Assembly: GCA_036733325.1 (NCBI GenBank)
Contig: DAINAQ010000001.1
Coordinates: 18,478-59,966 of the forward strand
DNA length: 41,489 nt
DNA from: Methanothrix sp.
Lineage (GTDB): Archaea > Halobacteriota > Methanosarcinia > Methanotrichales > Methanotrichaceae
Direction of reading: 5' to 3'
Position numbers and translations under genes: made by a program. Positions 27,349-36,889 of the stretch are shown here, piece after piece (the first letter of the stretch is position 1; every line of letters starts with the position of its first letter). A model generated the notes under the pieces. The model did not search any database. It saw only the letters and a list, made by a program, of their open reading frames with translations, and had not been told where the DNA came from.

Positions 27349-27669
27349 TCATCTATCGGCCACTGGAGTCCTCTCAGCTTCTGGCTTCCCCTGATCTTTC
27401 TTTTCCAGGCACTCGATAGAGGATATGGCGCCTTTGAAGACGATCAGCCTCTTGTTCTGGCCCAGGTCGAGATGCAGCTCGTAGTTGTTGTAGGCCTCGA
27501 GGACGCCTTTGATGGGGCGACCGTCGATCATGCGGATGGTGATGAGCCTTTTCAATAGATCGGGCAAGAACGTGGGCGGTCCGTCGGTCCCTAACTTTGC
27601 AGGAAGATCGCCAGCGGTGGCGGCGGCCTGGTCATCGGCACCAAGGCCTATCTCATGGTCGTTGCTCAT
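27349..27669 (-). CDS. Hfq-like Sm-fold RNA-binding protein
   Basis: ITIRMIDGRPIKGVLEAYNNYELHL (Sm1), short loop, LIVFKGAISSIE (Hfq-type Sm2, cf. YKHAIST); AGGGAG RBS before MSNDHE. Confidence 0.75.
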   Translation of the reverse strand: MSNDHEIGLGADDQAAATAGDLPAKLGTDGPPTFLPDLLKRLITIRMIDGRPIKGVLEAYNNYELHLDLGQNKRLIVFKGAISSIECLEKKDQGKPEAERTPVADR

Positions 27670-27901
27670 TGCTTGCTCCCTTATCATCTGATCTGTCTTA
27701 TTGATATATATAATTTTTTACTTCTAAAATCCGCTTGCTTTACGATTGAGCATCAACCCTCAGGGCTGAGGATGTTGGATGAGATCTGGATGCCCGCCTC
27801 CGGCCTTCCGGCTAGAAAGCCTTGATATGACAACCTGGAGAAGTCGGCGAAGGACCAAGCCTTTGCATTCATATCCCGCCATCGCCCTGATCCTCGGTGG
27901 C

Positions 27902-29317
27902 TTAACACCCCAGCTCCTGGGCCCGGGAGAAGGCGGCTTCTGCCTCGGAGTCTCTTTCCAGAGCCTGGAGGGCGAAGCCCTTGCTCTTCCAGGCTTCGGC
28001 ATCATCAGGATTGAGAAGGATCGCCTGGTCGTATGCGACGATCGCCTCCTCGTATCTGCCCAGGTTCCTGAGGGCGAGCCCTTTGTTCTTCCAGGCGTGA
28101 GCGTACTGGGGGTCAGCGCCGATCGCCTCCTCGTATGCCTGGACCGCCTCCTCGTACCTCCCCTGATCGTAGAGGGCGACTCCCCTATTGTTCATGGCCT
28201 GGGCGTATTGGGGATTGAGGTTGATGGCCGCGTCATAAGCCTCTATCGCCTCCTCATACTTGCCCTGAGCGTACAGGGCGACCCCCTTGTTGTTCCAGGT
28301 GTTGGCGTCTCCAGGGTCGAGGCTTATCGCCTGGTCGAAGGCGACGATCGCCTCCTCGTGCCTGCCCAGCTCGTCTAGGGCGATCCCCTTGTTGTACCAG
28401 GCGTGGGCGTACCGGGGGTCGAGGCCGATGGCCATCTCGTAGGCCTGGATCGCCTCCTCGTACCTCCCCAGGTCCCTGAGGGCAACCCCCTTGTTGTTCC
28501 AGGAGTAGGGGTCCTCCGGATCGAGGCCTATGGCCACGTCGTAGGCCTGGATCGCCTCCTCATACTCACCCTGATCGTAGAGGGTGAGCCCCTTTCCCGC
28601 CCAGGCCAGAGATGAGTTTGGGTTGAGGATTATGGCCTCATCGTAAAGGTGGGCCTCGATGAGGGGGTTCAATGCGGTCGGATCGCCCAAGCTGGCAAGG
28701 GCGCGAGCGGCCTTTCCGCGAACCTCCGGATCGGAATCGTTCAAAGCCGCGATCAGGGGATCTGCGGTCCCGGGGTCCTCGATTCTGCCCAGAGCATCGA
28801 CGGCCGCCCCTCGAACTCCAGCGTCGTCATCCCTCAATGCGAGATAAGTCAGAGGCTCCATTGCGGCAGGATCGCCGACATCGCCCAGAGCGAGGGCAGC
28901 CCTCATCCGAACCGAAGAATCCTCGTCTTTGACCGCGGAGATTAAGGGATCGACTGCCCTGAGATCTCCGATTTTGCCCAGGGCCGATGCCGCCTCCTCC
29001 CGGACTCGGGCATAGTCGTCCTTGAGAGCGGCGATGAGAGGATCGACTGCCCTGAGATCTCCGATCTCGCCGAGGGCCGATGCCGCCAGCGATCGGATGG
29101 TTTCGTTCTCGTCATCCAGGGCAGAGATGAGAGGATCGACCCCTCGTGGATCGGCGATCTCGCCTAGAGACCGGGCGGCGTGGGCCCTGGGTTCGGCCTG
29201 CCCGTACTTTAGGTCCAGGATGAGATCGTCCACCTGGTCGGCGGCAGCTGGAGTCGCCAGCGCCGCCAGAAAAAGGAGCGCCAAAATGAGCTCTAATTTT
29301 GTCTTTACCCCCACCAT
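27902..29317 (-). CDS. Secreted HEAT-repeat plus TPR protein
   Basis: Signal peptide; 6 PBS-lyase HEAT repeats (VRxxAAxALGxIGDxxAVDPL); 7 TPRs (WNNKGxAL...YEEAIxAYD). Confidence 0.9.
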   Translation of the reverse strand: MVGVKTKLELILALLFLAALATPAAADQVDDLILDLKYGQAEPRAHAARSLGEIADPRGVDPLISALDDENETIRSLAASALGEIGDLRAVDPLIAALKDDYARVREEAASALGKIGDLRAVDPLISAVKDEDSSVRMRAALALGDVGDPAAMEPLTYLALRDDDAGVRGAAVDALGRIEDPGTADPLIAALNDSDPEVRGKAARALASLGDPTALNPLIEAHLYDEAIILNPNSSLAWAGKGLTLYDQGEYEEAIQAYDVAIGLDPEDPYSWNNKGVALRDLGRYEEAIQAYEMAIGLDPRYAHAWYNKGIALDELGRHEEAIVAFDQAISLDPGDANTWNNKGVALYAQGKYEEAIEAYDAAINLNPQYAQAMNNRGVALYDQGRYEEAVQAYEEAIGADPQYAHAWKNKGLALRNLGRYEEAIVAYDQAILLNPDDAEAWKSKGFALQALERDSEAEAAFSRAQELGC

Positions 29318-29647
29318 GGTGATCGATACTGTCTCAACCCACTAAAAATGCTTCGGTGCCACCACCTCGCGACGGTCCCCACGGGCTAGAAAAGGGCTCC
29401 GATTCCCTTGCCGCTTCCATCACCTTCGTCGTCTCCATCACCTCTGCCACCTCCGCCCACCATCTCTCTGAGTCCTTCCACGATGGAGCACGTTCTTCTT
29501 TCGTCTCGGCGATGATGGCCATCTCAAAGATCAGGTTCGCGATGGATCGTTTTTCTCTCTTCCCACCGGCGTAGGGCCAAAAGGGGGCGGGGAGAAGACC
29601 AAATTCTATTTATCCAAAAAGTGAGCATTTTATTCAGGTGGCATGCC

Positions 29648-31339
29648 ATGAGCCGTTTTATAATTGAAACCATAATTATGGTGATCGCTTTCTCCTGTTT
29701 GTCCCAGGCGTCGACTATCACCGTCGGCGAGAAAGGTTGCGACTTCTACAGAATAGAGGCGGCTATAGACGCGGCAGATCCCGGTGACGTAGTTGAGGTT
29801 CACAGTGGAGAGTACCTGGTGAACCTCAACATAACCACCCCATCGGTGGTTCTGCGAGGAAACGACACCGGCGGCGGAATGCCCGTTCTCCGGGCGGGAA
29901 GCTCCACCGCGGACATCGAGAGCGAATCCGCAGGATTGACCGAGATGGTGCAGAGGAGCGGGGGTACCGCCGTGGCCATCAGGGCGGATTTCGTCACCGT
30001 GGAGAATTTTGTAATCACCGGCGTCACCTGGCCCGTACCCTACGGGACGGGTGAGCATAACGATCTCATCGGCAACGCCGGGATAAGGGTCTACTCCGAC
30101 TTCAATAAAATCATCAACAACACCTTCGAAGGAAACGACCTTTCCGCCATCGGCCTCTGGAACGCCAGCAACAACCAGATCTTCGGAAATACGATTCGGG
30201 ACATCCCTTACGGGTACGGGATGATCCTTTACAACTCCCCCTACAACAACATCGAGAAGAACGTCCTCTTCCACAACGACTGGGGAATTGAGATCTCCAA
30301 GAGCGACTCGACCGCCATCAAGGAGAACGAGATCCGGGAGAGCATCAACGATGGGATCCTGGTCTATGAGAGCAACTTCACCATGATCACCGAGAACATA
30401 ATTTCAAGAAACGGCTTCGAGAGCGAGTTTGAGGGGAACGGGAAGGGGATATGCTTCCAGGGGTCCGAAGGGCTCATCGCCAACAACGTCATCTCCTTCA
30501 ACCGGGATCAGGGGGTCTACGTCCAGAGCATATTCTGGGAGTACTGCAGCGAGCCGCCCTGCGGGGCCGAGGAGTCTTTCGGGAACCTGATCATCAATAA
30601 CAGGATTCAGGGGAACGGAGAAGATGGGATTCGATTGGAGAAGACCTGGAATAACCAGATCTGGGACAACAACATCACCTCCAACCACGGAAACGGGATC
30701 AGCTTCCTCTTGAGCAACAACAACACCGCGGAGATGAACAACGTCAGCAAGAGCGATCACGGCATCTACCTGGACCGCTCCAACTTCACAAAGGTCAACA
30801 ACAGCACCATAACGGAGGTGGAGAAGACCGGGATCCGCATCTGGTCGACCATCGGAGCCTCGGCACAGAACAACACCCTGGTCGACGACCCCGTGGGGAT
30901 CGCTCTGGAGGAGTCCTGCACCGGCATCCTCCTCGCAAGAAACAACGTCACCAACAGCACGGAGGGGGTAAACCTCTCCGGCGGTTCCAGCGATAACCAG
31001 CTCCGAGATAACAGGGTTCGGTCGTGCAGAACCGGGTTGGTACTGGCGGGGGCGAGCCGGAACGTCATTGTGGGAAATGAGATCGTGGAAAATCTCCTGG
31101 GGCTTCTGGCCGACGCCTCCTCCAGCGGGAACTCGATCACCGGAAACGATCTCTCCAACAACGGCGAGGCGGCGAGGGACGAGGGGGATAACCGGTACGA
31201 CGACGGGTCGCGGGGGAACTTCTGGGACCCCGACGCGTGCGACGACGCCGACGGTGACGGCGTCTGCGAGGGACCCCGGACCATCCCCGGCGGGAAGAAC
31301 GCGGACGGCTTCCCGCTGGCGAGGCCATTGGGGCTGTGA
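29648..31339 (+). CDS. Secreted right-handed parallel beta-helix (NosD/CASH-type) protein
   Basis: Signal-like N-terminus; IEAAIDAADPGDVVEVHSGEY; many GIxL..SxNNxIxxN repeats; GNFW...DADGDG...D.FPL C-terminus. Confidence 0.9.
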   Translation: MSRFIIETIIMVIAFSCLSQASTITVGEKGCDFYRIEAAIDAADPGDVVEVHSGEYLVNLNITTPSVVLRGNDTGGGMPVLRAGSSTADIESESAGLTEMVQRSGGTAVAIRADFVTVENFVITGVTWPVPYGTGEHNDLIGNAGIRVYSDFNKIINNTFEGNDLSAIGLWNASNNQIFGNTIRDIPYGYGMILYNSPYNNIEKNVLFHNDWGIEISKSDSTAIKENEIRESINDGILVYESNFTMITENIISRNGFESEFEGNGKGICFQGSEGLIANNVISFNRDQGVYVQSIFWEYCSEPPCGAEESFGNLIINNRIQGNGEDGIRLEKTWNNQIWDNNITSNHGNGISFLLSNNNTAEMNNVSKSDHGIYLDRSNFTKVNNSTITEVEKTGIRIWSTIGASAQNNTLVDDPVGIALEESCTGILLARNNVTNSTEGVNLSGGSSDNQLRDNRVRSCRTGLVLAGASRNVIVGNEIVENLLGLLADASSSGNSITGNDLSNNGEAARDEGDNRYDDGSRGNFWDPDACDDADGDGVCEGPRTIPGGKNADGFPLARPLGL

Positions 31340-31573
31340 GAGGTCGGCGTGGTCTCCTCAGAGTCCTTCCCCTGGCTGAGTTTGCGGGCCCATGAAGTAT
31401 CCGGGCTTCAGCGGGACTGCAAAGGATCTTTGGGGCAGGGAGATCACGTCCACACCTCAAGTTTTCAGTCCTGCCGCAAACGATATGCTTCTGCATGCCG
31501 CCTGAGCACAATCCAGATTGACATAGCCAATGTTTTTCTTAGTCCATAGAAAACTGAGATCAGACTGTATCTG

Positions 31574-33583
31574 TTACCCAAGCTCCTTAGCCTTGGCGAA
31601 GGCAGCATCCGCTTCAGTATTCCTTCCGAGATTATTGAGAGCAGTGCCTTTACCCACCCAGGCCGTTTTAAACTCAGGATCCAGCCTGATCGCCTCGTCG
31701 TAAGCCTGTATCGCTTCTTCGTACTTGCCGAGGCTCACGAGCGCAGAGCCTTTGTTATTCCAGGCGGTTGTAATCTTGGGACTTATCCTGATCGCCTCGT
31801 TGTAAGCCTGTATCGCTTCTTCGTACTTGCCCATATTCTTGAGAGAAGCTCCTTTACCAACCCAGGCGGTTGTAGCCTTGGGATCTAGCCTGATCGACTC
31901 GTTGTAAGCCTGTATCGCTTTGTCGTACTCACCTTGGTGATAGAGAGCATTGCCTTTACTTACCCAGGCCGTTCTAAACTCAGGATCCAGCCTGATCGCC
32001 TCGTCGTAAGCCTGTATCGCTTCTTCGTACTTGCCGAGGCTCACGAGCGCAGAGCCTTTGTTATTCCAGGCGGTTGTAACCTTGGGATCTATCCTGATCG
32101 CCTCGTTGTAAGCCTGTATCGCTTCTTCGTACTTGCCCAGGTTCTTGAGAGCAACTCCTTTACCAACCCAGGCGGTTGTAGCCTTGGGATCTAGCCTGAT
32201 AGACTCGTTGTAAGCCTGTATCGCTTTGTTGTACTCGCCTTGGTAATAGAGAGCAGTGCCTTTACCCACCCAGGCCGTTTTAAACTCAGGATCCAGCCTG
32301 ATCGCCTCGTCGTAAGCCTGTATCGCTTCTTTGTACTTGCTGAGGCTCACGAGCGCAGAGCCTTTGTTATTCCAGGCGGCTGTAACCTTGGGATCTAGCC
32401 TGATCGCCTCGTTGTAAGCCTGTATCGCTTCTTCGTATTTGCCCAGTTTCTTGAGAGCAACTCCTCTACCCACCCAGGCCGTTTTAAACTCAGGATTCAG
32501 TCTGATAGCCTCGTCGCAAGCCTGTATCGCTTCTTCGTACTTGTCCAGAATAATGAGAACAATGGCTTTATTATTCCAGGCGTATGCTGATGTGTTGTCG
32601 AGTTCGAGAGTCTTATTGCAGTACTCAATCGCATCGTTTTGTCTTCCGATCGATAGCATACTGGTTTCTAATAAAGACAGTAAATTAAATGGGTTTTCGT
32701 ACTCTTTTTCTGAGTTCAATGCGAAAAATGAATAATTCCCTGCCAGGTAAAGATAGTCCGAATTTCCTGTTAGTGTGTATTGATGGTAAGCATCTAACGA
32801 TTCTGTATAATACTTGAATCCTTCCCATGTCTTAGCGGATACGTTGGATTGTGGCATGTCATAGACGATATTGAATGCTAGATTTTTTACCATTTCCAGA
32901 AGCTGCTCTTCATTATTAATAGTCTGCCTTACCTTCCAGCTCTGAACATCATCACCTTCTAGAACTGCTACTAGCACAATAGTCGAGCCATATCTTTGCA
33001 AACTGCCTCTTATTGTGCTAACTGTTTTGCTAGCGGGTAAGATGTTCTTGAAAGCAATTATGATACTTCCTAAGGACAGAGAATTAGATCCTATGCCAAC
33101 AGTGCCAATATCCGCCATGCTGAATTCAAGAGTTTCACCCTTGGCAACAACTATTCCCTGATCCACGAGAGAGTCCTCTGAAGAAATTTTCTGTCTATAT
33201 GAGATACTGCTGCTTGGTATGATTATATTTATTTCTTCATAATTAATATTATGGATTTTTTGAATTCTTATAAGTTCGCATGTAAGTTGATCTGCGATTG
33301 CAGCACCACTGAAATTCTCATTATTTCCAACCTCAAACGGTAGTATAACGATGCCCTGTTCAGTGTATATATTTACAAAAATTAATACGAAAGATATTAA
33401 CACAAACGCTAGTAGGCAGATCTTAAGGATGGCGAAGAGATCAGATTCAATTGTATCTAGCAATTGCCTGCGATCTCGGTTTTTGGGGGTAGCAGCAGAG
33501 GATGGCGACTCTAGTTCTATCTGCCTTTTATCCGTAGGCTCATTGGTCTTATTCTCCGATCGAGTCGTCTCATCCATGCGCAA
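31574..33583 (-). CDS. Membrane-anchored TPR protein with TolB-N/CsgG-like N-terminal domain
   Basis: One TM helix; IVILPFE...IRGSLQ motif; about 10 TPRs in near-identical triplets; visibly AT-richer than its flanks. Confidence 0.88.
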   Translation of the reverse strand: MRMDETTRSENKTNEPTDKRQIELESPSSAATPKNRDRRQLLDTIESDLFAILKICLLAFVLISFVLIFVNIYTEQGIVILPFEVGNNENFSGAAIADQLTCELIRIQKIHNINYEEINIIIPSSSISYRQKISSEDSLVDQGIVVAKGETLEFSMADIGTVGIGSNSLSLGSIIIAFKNILPASKTVSTIRGSLQRYGSTIVLVAVLEGDDVQSWKVRQTINNEEQLLEMVKNLAFNIVYDMPQSNVSAKTWEGFKYYTESLDAYHQYTLTGNSDYLYLAGNYSFFALNSEKEYENPFNLLSLLETSMLSIGRQNDAIEYCNKTLELDNTSAYAWNNKAIVLIILDKYEEAIQACDEAIRLNPEFKTAWVGRGVALKKLGKYEEAIQAYNEAIRLDPKVTAAWNNKGSALVSLSKYKEAIQAYDEAIRLDPEFKTAWVGKGTALYYQGEYNKAIQAYNESIRLDPKATTAWVGKGVALKNLGKYEEAIQAYNEAIRIDPKVTTAWNNKGSALVSLGKYEEAIQAYDEAIRLDPEFRTAWVSKGNALYHQGEYDKAIQAYNESIRLDPKATTAWVGKGASLKNMGKYEEAIQAYNEAIRISPKITTAWNNKGSALVSLGKYEEAIQAYDEAIRLDPEFKTAWVGKGTALNNLGRNTEADAAFAKAKELG

Positions 33584-34464
33584 TTTCTCTATTGCTTTTA
33601 CTATTTATAAGAGACGAGAACACAAAGACTTGTTGAAGCTGAAAAGAAACCTGTGCTGAATGGACAAGCGACGGGAAGTTGACGTCGCGCTGACGAGTTC
33701 GCCCCGGATGGTCGACGAGAAGACGATGATAATGGTCCTCGCTTGATAACCCTCGCCAACCTCCAGGCGAGCCGTCTACATGGAACCTGTGAAGGGATCA
33801 CTGACTGGAAGGGTGTTTGGGTTTACCTGAGCCCGATCCCCAGGTCGTCGCAGATCCGCTCCACCAGCCGGCGACACCACCGGGGAGCTGATAGAAACTA
33901 TCAGAAGAGAAAGTTCCAGGTTCATCTGCGAAGAGGCGGCGAGGATACTCGTCGCGGCGTCACTGCGGGAGGTCGAGGTGGTGAGGCCCATCGTAGACGT
34001 GGCCAGGGTTGGGAAAGTTCAATCCGATTGGAAGGGCCGCGAGGGAGGTGAGGCCCATGACGGCCCGCCGGTTGGGAAGAGCTGGCCGGGCTCGACTTTT
34101 TTTCCGCTCCGCCGCCACCCGAGCCCGTCGCCACCGGGACGCACGAGAATCGATTCGAGTCCTCACCTTTCTCTTCTGGTCGGGCGGGGATTGGATACTG
34201 ATCGTTAAATTTATAATGTTTAATCGTTACTATTATCTCTGAGAGGGGCGGAGTTGAGGGCAAATCAGCGATATGATGGACAGATCTCATATCTCCCTCT
34301 GCCTAAGATGTGCCTACTTCCTGCCCGGCCCCTCTCCCTTCAGCCCTCGCAACTTTTGCGCGTACGACCACTGCCCTCGTATCGGCGCTATTACATTCTG
34401 TCCGCGGTCGATCTGATCTGAAAAGTTCTCCAAGACCGATTCCCGGCGGCGTGATCGCTTATAT

Positions 34465-35025
34465 CTAAGGGGCCTTCTCGCCCCTCGATTCCTCAAAGAG
34501 AAATGTGCAGACCCCGTCCCCCTTGCAGATCTGCGATTCGAGTTTGAAGGATATCCTCCGCTCGCCTTCGCCGAACTCCGCCGCCCAGGCGGCGTACTCG
34601 GCGTTGCAGATGGCAGACCCCACCCGCTCGGATAGAGCCTCGCGGCCGGACTTCAACAGCAGCTCGTGCCAGGGGCACCTTGATATGATCAGCCTCAGAA
34701 CTCGGCCGTCTTCTCCTTCTTCTCCGCCTTCCTCTCCATCTTCTCCGCCTTCTCCCCAGTCCATCCCGGCCTCAAAACTGAATCCCTCCGCCGAGTGTTT
34801 GGCGGCGATGCATTGCGCGAGCCCCTCCATCCCCTCGTCGGCCTTCAGCATCGCCTTCAGGGTCCGGGCCTGAATCTTGGGAAGGATCGACCAGACCAGG
34901 CGGTCGATCTCCAGGGCCTCCTCAAAGCCCCGCATCTCCTCGACCTTCATGAACCAGAGGCCGTCCGCCGCGGTGTAGCTCCTCCGGAAGTACTCCGCCT
35001 TCTGGTATTCGGTCAGCTCAGTCAT
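34465..35025 (-). CDS. DUF6125/V4R-like (ATC-hydrolase-like) protein
   Basis: YTAADGLWFMKVEE, ISRCPW, IC...Y, ICKGDGVCTF; start at MTELTE after a GGGGGAG RBS. Confidence 0.7.
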   Translation of the reverse strand: MTELTEYQKAEYFRRSYTAADGLWFMKVEEMRGFEEALEIDRLVWSILPKIQARTLKAMLKADEGMEGLAQCIAAKHSAEGFSFEAGMDWGEGGEDGEEGGEEGEDGRVLRLIISRCPWHELLLKSGREALSERVGSAICNAEYAAWAAEFGEGERRISFKLESQICKGDGVCTFLFEESRGEKAP

Positions 35026-35140
35026 CCCTTTCTCCCCCCCTTCTCCTCCTCTAGACCTACCTCGCATTCTCGATCGATCCGATTCTTGACCAATCTCGCA
35101 CCAGCTCTTCTTCTCCCCTTCTCCTCGCCCGCGAGACCGA

Positions 35141-36889
35141 TCAGAGCTTCGCCACGTGCCTCAGCTCGACGGCGACCCCTCTCGAGGACCTGACCATCTC
35201 CCAGCCGCTCATCCTCGCCCTGCCCACGCCGAAGACGGCCTCGCCCATCACTATCACCTCGTCGCCGGGGCGGATCGCGTCGTCGGCTCCGGTGACCCCG
35301 GGGGCTAGGACGTCGCCCCGGGGGACGAAGTCGCCGATCTCCACGATGTAGCTTGCAAGCGGCACAAGCCTCTTTGCGCCCTCGATGGAGAGGGCGATGG
35401 TCCCGTTGGGGGTGAGGGATGCCAGGGGTTTTCTCTGGGCGGACAACAGCTCCCTCCCCTTGACCCTCACCTCCCCCTCCAGGAGGGCGAGGCCGGCGCC
35501 CCGACCGAAGTGGTAGTCGGCGAGGGCCAGAAACTTCTGGATCATATATCCCTCCAGAGGCTTCGCGCCGCTGGTCGCCTCGTCCACCGCCTCCTTCAGC
35601 CTCTTCAGGGCTTGGTCATCGGTGCCGCCTCCGGTGTAGACGGCGTCGATCCCGTGCTCCTCGACCGTCTCCCTCAGCTCCCCCTCGAGGTGGGCGACGA
35701 TGGTTCCGTACCGGTTTCTCTCAAGATAGGCGTCGAGGCAGCGGGCCAGCCAGTCCCGCTCCAAAAGGTCCCACCTTCCGGTGACGGGGACGTCGTAGCT
35801 GGCGGCGGGATACACCTCCTCCAGCTCCCTTGGGACCAGGGCCAGGGGGGAGGTTAGGATCAGCTCGTGGAGCCTCCGCCGGGTCGAGCCGAGGGCCATG
35901 GCGAAGAGCCGGTGCGACCGCGACGACGAGTAGGGCTTCCTCGCCGAGCAAGGGAGGAGGAGGAGGACGTCGCTTTCAGGAGCCCTGTACCTCTCGATGA
36001 CCCTTCCAGCAAACCTGGTCACTTCCACCCGGTCCAGGGACTCGGCACAGTTCGCGTACATGACCGACCTCCTTGTGGCGGGCGTCCTCTGCTCCAGGTA
36101 CTGGTGTTCCCGGTCCAGCAGCCTCAAAGCCGCCGTCTGCTCCGGGGCCACCCTCACCCGCCCTTCGATCAGTTCGCGGATCGTCCCCGATCGGATTGTC
36201 TCCCGCGCGAGGAGGATCTCCTCCTCCAGCTTCAGCAGGTTGTGCTCTGCGACCAGCTTCGGGTCGCGCCCCCCCTCCTCCGCCATGACCCTGCAGTGGG
36301 GACATGGGCATGGCAGTTCCCTCAGGTCCCCGGCGTCCCAGACCCCGTCGCGAAGGTGGTACCGTCCGAGAAGGCCGTCGACCACCACCCTGGTCCCGTC
36401 CACCAGGTCCACCCCCAGGTAAACCAGAAGGGCGAGGTTTGAGGGGGTGGCCAGGGCGGGAGCGTAGAGGGCTGAGTCGGGAGGGGTCTCGTTCCTGATC
36501 CTGACGACGGCAGCCACCAGCTCCCGAGGGTTGCGGAGGGACCCCGCCGCCCCGATGACGTAGACGTCGGATGCCGGCGGAGCCTCCTTCGCCAGGGGGT
36601 GGAAGACCGTGCCCGAAGGTCCCTTCGACGGGATCCAGGGGATGGCGAAGGGTGGTTCGGTGTGGAGGGGGACGGCGACGGAGGGTCCGATGAAGATCCT
36701 CCCCGTCTCTTCGGCCGCCATCGCGCCGGCCTTTCGAGCCTGGTCTAGGGAAGAGAAGGCCCAGATAGGGCCCGCGGACCGGATCGCCTCCCGGGATATG
36801 ATGGCAGGCGTCTCCAGGGGCTCATCGAGACGGAGCCGTCCGATCCTTGCGGGGCCGTCCCGGGCCGTCACCTCGAAGTGTCGGGTCAT
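35141..36889 (-). CDS. arcS: Archaeosine synthase subunit alpha (TgtA2)
   Basis: RDGPARIG, LLVYLGVD, CPCPHC, LLPCSARKPYSSSRSH, TSPLALVPRELE..YP..YDVPVTG.W, C-terminal PUA domain. Confidence 0.93.
   Translation of the reverse strand: MTRHFEVTARDGPARIGRLRLDEPLETPAIISREAIRSAGPIWAFSSLDQARKAGAMAAEETGRIFIGPSVAVPLHTEPPFAIPWIPSKGPSGTVFHPLAKEAPPASDVYVIGAAGSLRNPRELVAAVVRIRNETPPDSALYAPALATPSNLALLVYLGVDLVDGTRVVVDGLLGRYHLRDGVWDAGDLRELPCPCPHCRVMAEEGGRDPKLVAEHNLLKLEEEILLARETIRSGTIRELIEGRVRVAPEQTAALRLLDREHQYLEQRTPATRRSVMYANCAESLDRVEVTRFAGRVIERYRAPESDVLLLLPCSARKPYSSSRSHRLFAMALGSTRRRLHELILTSPLALVPRELEEVYPAASYDVPVTGRWDLLERDWLARCLDAYLERNRYGTIVAHLEGELRETVEEHGIDAVYTGGGTDDQALKRLKEAVDEATSGAKPLEGYMIQKFLALADYHFGRGAGLALLEGEVRVKGRELLSAQRKPLASLTPNGTIALSIEGAKRLVPLASYIVEIGDFVPRGDVLAPGVTGADDAIRPGDEVIVMGEAVFGVGRARMSGWEMVRSSRGVAVELRHVAKL

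Noticed and set aside
33660..34070. Protein-like fragments (e.g. GELIETIRRESSRFICEEAARILVAASLREVEVV), also 29334-29574
   Set aside because: Possibly decayed genes, but they are interrupted or short and I cannot assign a family; a blastx search would be needed.
34708..34757. Low-complexity Gly/Glu insertion (GEGGEDGEEGGEEGEDG) in the DUF6125-like gene
   Set aside because: Simple in-frame slippage expansion in a probable loop; no evidence of function.
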